In this document: piece by piece, positions 27,251 through 39,913 of the stretch | Layout of the letters: every line of letters starts with the position of its first letter | How positions within the stretch are numbered: position 1 is the first letter of the stretch | From: Octopus sinensis | Lineage: Eukaryota | Length of the DNA: 64,000 nt | Reading direction: 5' to 3' | Assembly: GCF_006345805.1 (NCBI RefSeq) | Contig: NC_043013.1 | Coordinates: forward strand, 10,974,001-11,038,000 | Program-made: the position numbers and the translations under genes | The notes under the pieces: model-generated | What the model saw: the letters and a program-made list of their open reading frames with translations, nothing else | What the model was told of the DNA's origin: nothing | The model's database searches: none

Positions 27251-27657
27251 TTAAAAATAGAGCTTTTCCCATTGTTTCCATAATGTTGCATGAGTTCAAC
27301 TTTTTGATGTTCCTCTATGATTATACTGGTTTTGAATTTAAAAGAAAAAAACTTTTGCTTCTTTTAATAGTTTGTACAACTTCACGAAAAAAAATTTTAT
27401 GTATAGAAGAAAGTTTAACAGCGTTCTTTGTTTTAATGGTTAGAATCGATCTTCCACGATATATTTGCTTCGGTTTCGATACATGGTCTCTGAGATCGAC
27501 TTACTTGCTTAGTAAGTAGAACTTTTACAAGTCTTTCCATTTTGAAAGTGACTTAACATTTTAATTGTTATTCATAGAAAAAAATCTACTTTCTTGACCG
27601 TTTTTGATTTTGGGCTTTAAATATGAAACAATATATATGTGTATATGTGTGTGTGTG

Positions 27658-27731
<74 letters not shown>

Positions 27732-27769
27732 TGTGTGTGTGTGTGTATACACATATGTATATATGTAGA

Positions 27770-28560
27770 ATGTTGAAAAGGAACACACGAGTCGATATAT
27801 ATGGAAAAAAGGTCAAGGGAGAAAATGCTAAAATGATTTTATATTAAAACATTTCAGTACCAGTTTCAGTCATTGAGACTTTTTCAACTGCAAGTATGGA
27901 AAACAATTAAATTTTGGCAAAATTAAAAGAAAAGTTGTTTTAAAGAATATTTGCATAGTATTCAAATGCATGGGGTACGCACGCATACACACACACACAC
28001 ATTCTTGGTGATACATGATGAATTTTATAAATATGCTTGCTTATTTTAAGTATCATGAAAGCATGGAAGTGTTAGTGGCTCCTTCGGTATATGTATTATA
28101 TTGATATTTATCTCTCACTGGATGTAGTATTATTTTTTTTAACCCACTACCTATATTGTATCTATAAACTATATGTATATGTAGGCATGATTCTATGTAT
28201 ATAAGCAATTGATGATTGTAAATTTCACAACGCCAAATTTTGAGATCGATTAAATAATTATCATCATGTTACTCCTATCGATTAATTCGTCATTTTAGAG
28301 AAAGATTGGGGGAGATTTTAATTATAAATTGCGTGGATAGTTTCAGTTGAATGAATTGTTCGGCTAATTATATTATATTGAATGACTATAATGTATGTTT
28401 ATTCAGAAAGAAAGATCTTTAACCTATTTCACGGTATCTATATTGTTTGCGGAGCCAATATAAATCCCTTCCAAACTTTCGTTGTTCTAAATAATGAGGA
28501 AACCTTTACATAGTCATATGATCCACTTGAAATGACTAGCAGACATCTATGTTATCATCG
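27770..28560 (-). mobile_element. Possible Penelope-like element 3' remnant
   Basis: Minus-strand EGIYIGSA (possible GIY-YIG YIG half) near 28450-28475, upstream of the hammerhead-like motif; heavily decayed. Confidence 0.35.
27855..27890 (-). ncRNA. Minimal type I hammerhead ribozyme-like motif with U3:A8 core variant
   Basis: cag-UUGAAAA-AGUC(ucaau)GACU-GAAAC-ug-GUA-cug: stems I and II pair; stem III is minimal. Confidence 0.55.
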
Positions 28561-28902
28561 CTCCAACGTCATAAATAACGATGTGTGTTTGTGTGTGTAC
28601 TTGTAGTATAAGATATGGATTCAGAGAATCGTGTATCTATCACAGAAAGCACCTCTGTCAGACTCAGCTATCAGACTACATAGTAATAATCCTTTACAGA
28701 GATGTGCAAATGCAGATTGTTCTTGCATCAGATATCCAAAAGATCCAATCATTGAAATTACGCCACGGAAAGTATATAAACCATAAAGCGTCAAATGGAG
28801 TGATAGATGAATATATTTGTGTAACCACTTGATAATACTTAGGGTTACGGCCGTTTCGCAACCGTCTTGTAGCAATAATTCCCAGAGCTGAAAAAATTTG
28901 GC

Positions 28903-28941
<39 letters not shown>

Positions 28942-29134
28942 CATATAAACGTTTATATATATGGTTTGAAAGTCAACCATGCATTATTATGCATGCTGGG
29001 AATTATACACCCTAATAGACTTGAATCGTTGGTAAAAGTCTGATATTCTAGAGATCTGATGACTACCTTTCCTTATTTGCATTGATTTAGGATTATACAA
29101 TTGTACTGTATAATGCATACATAAATACATACAT

Positions 29135-29229
<95 letters not shown>

Positions 29230-29580
29230 TACATATATGTACCTACATACATGATGCTCTCTCCCGTCGTTAGACGACGTATGAGGGTTCGAAAATTTCT
29301 TATTGAACAACCACACAGATGAAGTATGTATGTACGTATGTATTATGTATGTGTGTATGTATGTCAGCTCTTATGTGATCTTTCCTTTTTCGAAGCGGGA
29401 CAATTTGGTTTGAGTGATATTTCACTCCTATTTCTAGCATGTTGTGCGATCGTCTAGATATCTAGACACTCTCTCGTTTCTATAGTTGATATAAATAAAT
29501 GTTCTTGTTTTTCTCATCCTTTCTGGAAGAAACCACCATTTTACAAGGCACCATCCATTCTCATTATACCGTTGCTCTGC

Positions 29581-29623
<43 letters not shown>

Positions 29624-30097
29624 AAATTATCATCATTATCATCATCATGATCAGTAGCAGGTACATAGTTTTCTAGCGATTGTAGAGCTACTTAATTGAC
29701 GCAGTTATAGCTGAAATGATAAAGTTCGCTTTGTACCCATGTGGTTGCCGGTTCAATCACACTCCATGGCACTGTTGAAAAGAATTTTACCGTTTTCTCT
29801 TGTCACGGGTTGCCTCAAGCTTTACGTTAAGGATACACGTATCTATAAGATTACTGAGCATAATTTGACCCTCGATCATTCCGTCTTATTTTTATATTCC
29901 TTTATGTATTTATTTATACATTTATTTACTTGTCATTGTTTTATCTTTGTACGCTACATTAATCTAATTCATGGCGACGAAGGAGACTGCTGCGTCGTTG
30001 CTGAGGTGCTTGGGAGGACAGCCAAATCTCCCTCAGTGCACACACTACCGTTTTCGAAACCTAATATACGCATTAACAGAGCTGTGTATAGGGACTA

Positions 30098-30426
30098 ATG
30101 TGGAGGCGCAAAGGCCCAGTGGTTAGGGCAGCGGACTCGCGGTCGGAAGATCGCGGTTTCGATTCACAGACCGCGCGTTGAATGTGTGTTAATTGAACGA
30201 AAACACCTAAAGCTCCACGAGGCTCCGGCAGGGGGGTGGGGGGGCGACCCCTGTTGTACTCTTTCGCCACAATTTTCTCTCACTCTCTCTTCCTGTTTCT
30301 TGAGTAACGCTGCGATAAACTGGCGTCCCGTCCAGCTGGGGGAACACATACGCCACAGAAACCGGCAGACCGGGCTCATGAGCCTGGATAGGCTTGAAAA
30401 GGGCGACGTTTATCATTAACGTTTAG
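30098..30426 (+). mobile_element. SINE family C with V-domain-like 3' module and TSD
   Basis: Head GGAGGCGCAAAGGCCCAGTGGTTAGGGCAGCGGACTCGCGG...GGTTTCGATTC; 3' ctgcgataaactggcgtcccgtccag...acagaaaccgg; TSD atagggacta at 30088-30097 and 30427-30436. Confidence 0.9.
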
Positions 30427-30805
30427 ATAGGGACTATATGTGGTAGTGGTGGTGGTGGGGGTCACTGAATGGCCTCTGCTGGAACGCCTTTAATCGTATG
30501 GCAGGTAATTCATTTTCCGACGAAGAGCTTTGTGCTTGAAACATTAGTTAAATGAATAGGCAATGATACGCTAATTCAATGATTACGCAATCCAGTTGAT
30601 CGAACATTTGGACCGTTCATCGATCTAATCAACTGAGATCCATCCATTATTATTCAATATGGCAGTAATACAAGGTGTCTACCATTAGACAGTAAGAATG
30701 AGATTTGAGGTAGATTTGACTGTTATTTCTAGCGGTTCTACTGATTAAAGAAAGCAGGCTTCTCTCGGTGCTCGTGTAGTGTTAAAATAGCAATAGGACC
30801 TGCTG

Positions 30806-30855
30806 CGGCGGTGGTGGTGGTGGTGGTGGTGGTGGTGGTGGTGGTGGTGGTGGTG

Positions 30856-30922
<67 letters not shown>
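30806..30922. repeat. (GGT)n-(GTA)n trinucleotide tract
   Basis: Direct inspection. Confidence 0.95.
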
Positions 30923-30923
<1 letters not shown>

Positions 30924-31268
30924 TCCAGCAGCAGTAGCTGTGGTGATGTTGAGTAGCATGTCAACAGTAGCCACACAGGAGACATCAGCAGCAGCAGCAG
31001 CCACACAGGAGACATCAGGAAAGCAGCAAAAGGAGACGGAAAGCAGCGATGGAGGCGACCAGCCCCTTTCTTATCCGTAACTGCTCGGAGATGATTTCGC
31101 TGCTGCCTTTACCTCTCTGCAACTATGATAAATCCAACAACGAGAACAGCAGCAGCAGAGCAACTAGGGGTGATCCACCTCTGTGGTCGTGAGGCATACT
31201 AGAAAGTGCAGCCAGATATAGTTGAATATCATATTTAATCACCGTCTTTCAAAATAAAATGTACGTAT

Positions 31269-31680
31269 AGGCGTAGGAGTGGCTGTGTGGTAAGTAGCTT
31301 GCTTAACAACCACATGGTTCCGGGTTCAGTCCCACTGCGTGGCACATTGGGCAAGTGTCTTCTACTATAGCCTCAGGCCGACTAAAGCCTTGTGAGTGGA
31401 TTTGATAGACGGAAACTGAAAGAAGCCCATCGTATATATGTATGTATATATATATATATATGCGTGTGTTTGTGTATATGTTTGTGTGTCTGTGTTTGTC
31501 CCCCCAACATCGCTTGACAACCGATGCTGGTGTGTTTATGTCTCCGTAACTTCGCGGTTCGGCAAAAGAGACCGATAGAATAAGTACTAGGCTTACAAAG
31601 AATAAGTACTGGGGTCGATTTGCTCGACTAAAGGCGGTGCTCCAGCATGGCCACAGTCAAATGACTGAAACAAGTAAAAG
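31269..31680 (+). mobile_element. SINE family A, full length
   Basis: Same head, body and tail as 20187-20650. Confidence 0.95.
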
Positions 31681-31845
31681 GGTATTTCGTCTGCCGCTAC
31701 GTTCTGAGTTCAAATTCCGCCAAGGTCGACTGTGCCTTTCATCCTTTCGGGGTTAATAAATTAAGTACCAGTTGAGCAGTGGGTGCCATGTAATCAACTT
31801 ACCCCTCCCCGCACGAAATTTTTGGCCTTGTGTCAAAATTTGAAG
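31681..31845 (+). mobile_element. 5'-truncated SINE B-type copy fused directly to the SINE A tail
   Basis: ...caagtaaaag|ggtatttcgtctgccgctacgttctgagttc. Confidence 0.9.
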
Positions 31846-33769
31846 TTAGTAATTGTTCTCATATCAGTCATATTGAGCAATCGTCGTCATATTCTACAGT
31901 GAGAGTAGAAAACCAAAGGAAAATAGTAACTTTAAGCGTCGGCAAAATGCAATACAAATAGTTTAAACAGTGAAATGAATCTAATGCTACGTTTCAGGCA
32001 CGGGACACTTCGTCGGAGAACAAAGTTTTATCTTGCATACGAACAAAGACACTCCAGTTGTGACCGTTCAATTTTTCCTCTAATATAATTAAGGCTTAGT
32101 TACTATGTTTTAATTTTATTTTCAAAACATTAGAATTTGATTTAAGGGAAGTTTTACCACTATTTCTAACAAAGCAAATGACCACGCTGGAGCCTCCTTT
32201 CTTACTTTGCATTAGAATATCGTCTACGCAGATAAAATTATGAATTAAATGGAAATCAATATGGTCACGATTCAAATTGCTTCTTACTGTCTTAAATAAG
32301 GAAGGGTATTTAATAACGCAGTGTTACATATACGATTTTATGAAGGTGACCAGCCAACAAGGGAAGTATCTTCTTCGTCTGTTGGAAATAATAGCAATAT
32401 AACTTTTAAATCAGCTGTTCTCAATCGGCTTTATAATCCCTGGAGGTTCATGTAAAATTGTCTGTGTCTGCATGCAAACAAAACTGTAAATTCTGGATCT
32501 ATGTAGTATTTTGGGGACCTAGGTGTGTTTATTGCAAAGAAACAGCAAGGCTTTTTTTTCTGACATTTTACACAGTTCAACATGTTTCGATCACTGAAAC
32601 ATGTTCTCTCTGCGTTATTGCAAACATACACAAGTGGATGAGGGTAAAACAAAATAAGAATTTTGGAAGTATCAATAAAGCCAGGTTTTAAACACGGAAT
32701 GGCTATGGGGTTTCCACCAGAGTAAAATAGTAGTCAAAATGATCCTTAAATCAAACTGCCTTAAATCAAACCTTACTCTCTTAAAAAGGAAAGACTCTAC
32801 AGACAATTAAGTCACAAATACTATCTTACAAGAAAAGTGACGTATTTTATCTTTAATAAGGGTTGAGATAGGGCAGATGGTCCAACATTTAATCATTTCT
32901 TTTGTATTTTTCTCTATAATCTCCTTTTTGCTAGGTCGCCTTCTCCATTTCTGGTTCAAAAGATTTGTTTAGAAAATTGTGGCCTTCAATAATTATTTAC
33001 ATAACGTTATAAATCATTATTTTAAAACCATAACATTCTCAAAATCAACATTGGCGAAAAATAATCATGCAATAATTTGTTGCAATAATGGCTAAGATCG
33101 AGGCCTGGAATTTTAATGAATCGGGGCTTGTTATTTGATAGCATCGACTTTGGAAGGAAGAAAAGCAAAGTTGATCTCAGAGAGATTTGAACTAAGAATG
33201 TAAAGGATCAGTAGACGCCCTAACGATTTGCCAATCACTAAATTTAAAATGTTAAAGCAAAAAGTCATTTGTCTTCCTGCGATACCCAAATTTCGTCTTG
33301 GAATCTTAATATTCTTCTCAAATAAAGAATTGCTCTCTTGGAGAAGTTATATATGAATAAAATGCAGGCTTATTTTACGGCTAGAAAGCCTTCGATCATA
33401 GATCTACTGGTTTAGGTTTAAGCTGAGAAGATAAAACAACAACGTGATGACCTATGGTTTGAACTCTTTGGTACTTTATGCCCTTTTTATCAGAACTGAC
33501 CTGAAGAGGTAAACAACAATAACAACAACGACAGCCACCATAACAAATATATTTGCAGCCGACAACATCCACAACAGCCGCACCGATATTTGCAGGAATC
33601 AGAAACAGCAGCGGCTGTATGTAGCAGCAAGTTTCAAATTATTGATTTCTTCTGACTAGACACGAAGCCCATTATTATATTTTATAGGTCGATGGAGAAT
33701 CGGGGAGGGCTGGCGGGATTATAATCGATATAACAATATCGTATTGCTGGTATTACTTACATCTTTCTT

Positions 33770-34465
33770 TACGGCGGACAAAATCCTTAGTGGTATTTCT
33801 TCTGGCTCTCTATGCTCTGAGTTCGAATTTCGCTGGGGTAGACTAAGCCTCTCAACCTTTCGGGCATCGATAAAATAAATACCAGTAACGTACTGGCGGT
33901 GGGGGGAAAGGGCTGACGTAATTGACCAGATACGCTTCCCAAAAATTTCAAGCCTTATGCCTATATTAGAATGAAAAAAGACAGGGAGTGGCAGAATCTT
34001 TATCACACTAGGCAACCCGATCTGCGACATTTCTTCTCGTGGTTTACGTTCTGAGTTCAAATGCTGCCGTGGTCGACTTTGCCTTTCATTCTTTTCGTGC
34101 TCCATTAAATGAATACCAGTTGAGCACTGGGATATATGTAATCGATTTGCCACTCCGTCTCAAAAAAAAAAAAAAGAAAGAAAGAAGAAAAAAGAAAAGA
34201 TACTGGCCTTGTACCAAAAATTCAAAGAATTATTCAATACATTTCTTGGAGGGCGGTGGATAGGCAGAATCGCTTGAGTCTCAATCTGAATGTTTCGGAG
34301 AATTTATTTCAAATCTTTTACATTTTGAGCACAAATGCCGCCGATGCCAACTTTTCTTTTCATTCTTTCATGGTTGATAAAATAATATACCAGTGAAATA
34401 CTGATATCAATGGAACTGACAAGCAACTTGCCCTCCGAAAATTGCTGGCAAAGTGCCTGGATTAA
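33770..34465 (+). mobile_element. Three tandem decayed SINE B-related copies
   Basis: Recurrent ttctgagttcaaat...gactt.gcctttcat...gtaccag...ggccttgt motifs. Confidence 0.75.
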
Positions 34466-37400
34466 AAATTGACTGTTCATTTTCCGATCCCCGAATGCTA
34501 AAATATGAATACGGAACTTAGGTTGAGAATAATACAAGCTCACTTCTGATCCTAACAATATGGATGAGGCAAAGTATAAGCGCACTGCTTGCAAGAAATA
34601 GAGACCAAATCTCTCTCAGATCACAAATACTCTCATTAAAAAATGGTAAGATATATTGTGTTATATAATCGTAGATAGCCTATGTCTGCAAAAATACAGA
34701 GTGATCAGGGTTAAGAAAAAAATATCGAGACTCAACGCTGTCGAACGGTATATATTACTCAAATTTTCTTGACAAATAGTACCCAAATTTTCTGAAATTT
34801 TAATCTAGAGGCAGGATGGCTGGTGGGATTGCTGTAATGCTAAGAAGTTCACGATGTGACCAAATGGTTTTGGGTTCAGTCCCAAAGTGCAGCCCATTAA
34901 GCAAATTTTGATTGCTGGTAGGGAGAGTCCAAATTCTGTCATCCAACGCATTTGGTAGTACTTGGTAGCATGCCTGAGCAAACAATGCGATATATGGTAG
35001 GAAAATAAATAATGGGTGTTTCTGCATATTTCAGGAGTGATTGCGCCTTCTTCAACACTACGTCTAACTTATTAGCCATCCACGAACATATTCTTTGAGT
35101 ATTCATTAAATATAACAGTGTTACTCGTCATGTGGAGAGTAACAGTTTAGTGTCTATTCCTGTACCGATCAGACTATCGCATTTTCTTATACATCGCGGG
35201 TTACAATGCGCTTCCAGTTCATTCTTTTCTGCAATGGCCCAAAATCGTTTAACAAAATCGTCTATATAATGTATATATGCATACATTCATATATGCGTGT
35301 CTGTATGTATGCACGTTTGTGTGTCTGTCTGTATGTATGTCCGTATGTATGTATGTATGTATATATGTATGTATGTATTAATGCGTGTTTGTATGTATCG
35401 GTGTAGAACTCAGATGGTTGCCCCCTCTTTGAGTGTGCATTTTAAACACCCAGCTGTTAAATGTACGCACACACACATGCTCTCGTACAGAGCTATACCT
35501 ACCACATAGAACTGTATTTCGTAAAGCTTTCTTTTATGGTGGTCTTGACAGTGACAATTCCCTTGGTAAATACCACGGTTGTCAGACTGTGTAATCAAGG
35601 CTGACCTTCACTCAGAAGCAGACGAAAACCACTTATTTAATACTTAAGAATGTATCAGATCTAGTACTTGTTATCGATGACTTATTGGAATATTTGAAGA
35701 AGTTGTGGCATTTGAAATATAAAACCGACACCCACTTGAGCCATGAAACTATTAGAAACATTGTATCCACTACGCTAGACTGAAGTGAGAGCGTCGCACT
35801 CACGATTGCGAGGCCGTAGTTTCGATTTGTGCATCGGGAGGTGCGTTGTGGTCTGGAGCAAAACATTTCATTTAACGTTGTCCCATTTTACTTAACTACT
35901 CGGGAGTATCCAGTGACGGACTGGCATACCTTCCGTGAGGTGTGGTCTGATCTCGGTCGGTTAAACGCCGGATTACCCTCTCCGTGTGTCCTAAAACTCG
36001 AGACAGTAATGTCCACTAAAATACACTGCAATGCATTACACTATTCTACAGTTAGTTAAAAGAAATATGAGAACCACTTCAAGTGCTACACTTTATGATC
36101 TAGGACTATCAGGACCACAAGGTACGCTATACTACAATAAAATACATTTCAGTGTATGGCAGTATAACTACAATCAATAAGGACGACTGATAGGGGAAAT
36201 ATCTACCTGGTCGTTATAATTGCTGGAACAGTCATACACAAAATGCAACCCACAGGACGTTTCCAAGTTACGTCTCACGAAAACCGTCAGCCATAGCTTC
36301 TGGTCCTTTTAGAGGAGTTTTTGTTGCTTGTTTTGTTAAGAGACTAATTCTTGGTTTAACCTAGCTACGTGAATTTGAGGCCTGCAGCACTGTGAGTGAA
36401 TGATCTGAAACGCTCTGTGACGGTTAAAATACAAAGTCAACCTATATGAGGTGAATAATTTAAACATGGAATTAATGAATTGTCGAGCAAAAAAAAAAGA
36501 AAAATGTTCAACGCTTCGGTTAGAAACCCTTCGTCAGAGACAGCAGCAACGGTGGTGATTAAGACTACAACGATGACAACAACCATTGTAAGACGATGGG
36601 AAAGCTGATCATGTTGATAATTATATTTGCAGGAAGAACAAGGATGATTACTGTGGTAATAGCGATGATTTGTTGTATATGAGTGAGACTACACTTTATC
36701 AGTAAAGAATAGATGTGAGCTCATAACTGAGGGAATTAACGTTATTACAAATCTTCGTTTACTAATAATGTGCTGAAATGTAAGGTCGACAGATAAATGG
36801 CCGTCAATTTGCAGAATCGTTAGAGTATTAGACAAATATCTTGCGGAAATTACTCCAGGTCTTTCCCATCTGAATTGAAATCCCAACGTCGAGGTGATCT
36901 TTGGTCTTATTCTATCGATCAATAAAGAAACGATCTAATTTCCTCACCTCTCTCTCTATATATATAATTGGATATAAGAAAAACAAAGGAGTCGACCTTC
37001 TAAACCTACAATAGATTAGGGGCTGTTATACATTATACCATTATCGTTATTAAATTTATTTCTGAGACTAAGGCTCAGACACAAACACTTAGCATTGTTA
37101 TAAGAGATAAGAGAATAAAGTGTGTACGTTGAAAAATACAGGTTTACAATACATATAAGTATAATTCATTCGATATAGGAAGCAAAATTCTCTAAATTCA
37201 AAGACATGGGAAAATAATAAAAGTAATGAGAATACAGAATTTCGACGTGAAAACTTTTGACTTATCTCGATTAAATTTTAAAAACGTTTAGAAAACGGTA
37301 TTTATACAATGAAGAATAATAGAAAGACACTATTCAAATATGATGTTAAACGAAGGTGATTATATGAAATAGTGGCAATGTAAGAAGAAAAACAAAAAGA

Positions 37401-37561
37401 AAAAAAGCGAACATTAGTGAAGTAATATATATAATCATAAAATACAGTGTAAATTTTATGACTAATACATAGTCTTTGGACTAAATTTTTACACGTTAGG
37501 GCACTTGAAATAAAAATTTTAATTATTTTCCATTTCCCTTGATATGATTAAGTATATATAT

Positions 37562-37627
<66 letters not shown>

Positions 37628-37843
37628 TCAATATAGGGTGGCAAAAAATTTTGTAGAATTTTTTGCCACCAGCGGCCTAGTGGGAAAAAATTAATAGTCA
37701 TAGACCATTTTTAAGTTCAACATCACAATCAAGGAACGGCCATAATAGGCCATTCACCCACTAGAAATAACAGCCAAAGCTTCAACCGCAAAATAACATT
37801 AATTCCGTAAACCAGGAGAAAATTAAAAAACATTTACCCTGTA

Positions 37844-37948
37844 ATTTCTTATACGATGCACCGTTTCATCTACTGTTTAATGGTAAACTAACCTGATTAA
37901 ATTAAATCAAGCGAATCTTCCATAGGCCCTTAGATTCGTCAGTAAGAA
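37844..37948 (-). ncRNA. Type I hammerhead ribozyme (minus-strand copy)
   Basis: uucuua-CUGACGA-aucua...uagau-GAAAC-ggugcauc-GUA-uaagaa. Confidence 0.75.
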
Positions 37949-38206
37949 TGGTCTATTAAAAATGGTCTATGACTATTTAATTTTTTCCCACTAGGCCGCT
38001 GGTGGCAAAAAAATTCTACAAAATTTTTTGCCACCCTATATTGATTAATTATGAATTTTCTGGTTAATTCCGTAATGGAATCGGCGGCTTATATTTATTT
38101 GCTGCCGATAAATTTGGCGCGAGTGCGATGATTTGAAAATTTTAGGTCAGATATTGCCGAGGCAGGTACAGAAATGCCTCGTGAAAATATCTGTTCCGAT
38201 CTGGCT

Positions 38207-38313
38207 ATTTCTTACTGACGAATCTAAGGGCCTATGGAAGATTGGCATGATTTAATTTAATCAGGTTAGTTTACCATTAAACAGTAGATGAAACGGTGCA
38301 TCGTATAAGAAAT
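38207..38313 (+). ncRNA. Type I hammerhead ribozyme (plus-strand copy), predicted cleavage after GUA at 38305
   Basis: Stem I ATTTCTTA(38207-14)/TAAGAAAT(38306-13); CTGACGA 38215-21; stem II ATCTA/TAGAT closing a 58-nt loop; GAAA 38290-93; near-palindromic stem III ACGGTGCATCGT. Confidence 0.8.
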
Positions 38314-38427
38314 TACAGGGTAAATGTTTTTTATTTTCTCCTGTTTACGAATTAATGTTATTTTGCGGTTGAAGCTTTGGCTGTTATTTCTAGTGGGTGA
38401 ATGGCCTATTATGGCCGTTCCTTGATT

Positions 38428-38529
<102 letters not shown>

Positions 38530-38698
38530 AATATATATATATATACGTGTTTACATAGGTATATATGTATATATGTATTTATGTATGTATGTAAGTATAT
38601 GCACGTATATGTATGTATGCATATACGTATGCACACACGCACGCTAATACATAACTATTGTCTGCTTGAGTGTATGTATGTGAGTGTGCGCATGCGTT

Positions 38699-38739
<41 letters not shown>

Positions 38740-39458
38740 TGTGTGTGTGTGTGTGCGTGCGTGCGTGTGTGTGTTTGTCCGCGTCAGTATGTGTTTGCGT
38801 GCCTTGCCTGTCCGCTGCTGCTCGATATAATCACGCCTATGACGCTTATTCTTTTGCTCACTTGCCTGTCATCATCCAACCGCTCTGCAAACCCGCCCGC
38901 CAGCCAGCTAGCCAGCCTTCCTCGTCAATATAATGATTATTACTGTGCCCTTGGCAATCGATGGTGTCAAAATATAATAAAAATAAACGAAAGGCCGACA
39001 TATCTAATGCTAACGTTTAAAACAATTATGTCTGCTTGTTCGTACATATATGTGTGTGTGCGCGTTTGTGTATAAGCGTGTATGTGGAAGAGGTTAAGGA
39101 AGGGGAGATAAGCAATAACCGAAATAATAAACAAGATATAAAAGCATCATAAATCTATGAACCACGCACACTTCAAACGTCAGAAGCTGGAATGGTGAAT
39201 TTTCGATTCAATTTTGTGTTATTCTCTATTTTCTTATTTATATATAGGTTTTTTTAAAAATTTTCTTTTCTTCACAGTGCTCCGGTTTATTGTATTTCTG
39301 GGCGATAATAATTTTTTTATTGCTTTTGTTTCGCCTTTTTGAGGAGGAGGAGGAGAAATTTATATTTAGTTTAAAAATTAAAATCCTGATTTTTTTTTTA
39401 GTATTTACCCCGTTATTTTCAATGAATATGAGAGTATAAGTATGAAAAAAATATACAT

Positions 39459-39621
39459 AGGCGCAGGAGTGGCTGCGTGGTAAGTAGCTTGCTAATCAAC
39501 CACATGGTTCCGAGTTCAGTCCCACTGCGTGGCACCTTGGGCGAGTGTCTTATACTACAGCCTCAGGCCGACCAAAGCCTTGTGAGTGGATTTGGTAGAC
39601 GAAAACTGAAAGAAACCCGTC

Positions 39622-39672
<51 letters not shown>

Positions 39673-39900
39673 ATATGTGTGTGTGTATGTGTGTGTGTGT
39701 GTGTCCTGGTTTGTCCCCCACCATCGCTTGACAACCGAGGCTGGTGTGTTTACGTCACCGTAACTTAACGGTTCGGGAAAAGCGAGCGATAGATTAAGTA
39801 ACAGGCTTGCAAAAAATAAGTCCTGGGCTCGATTTGTTCGACTAAAATGCGGTGCTCCATCATGGCCTCAATCAAATGACTGGAACAAATAAAAGAAAAA
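39459..39900 (+). mobile_element. SINE family A, full length
   Basis: Same consensus as 31269-31680. Confidence 0.95.
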
Positions 39901-39913
39901 AGAATACTATATA

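Noticed and set aside
27283-27560. Possible mariner HTH relic on the minus strand
   Set aside because: Only faint similarity with multiple frameshifts; cannot be supported without BLASTX
30738-31080. Poly-T/P/V ORFs with a duplicated ATQETS (mucin-like appearance)
   Set aside because: Explained by (GGT)n(GTA)n plus a ~30-bp local duplication; no splice or domain support
32412-32750. hAT-like terminus cagctgttctcaa
   Set aside because: No matching opposite TIR or 8-bp TSD found
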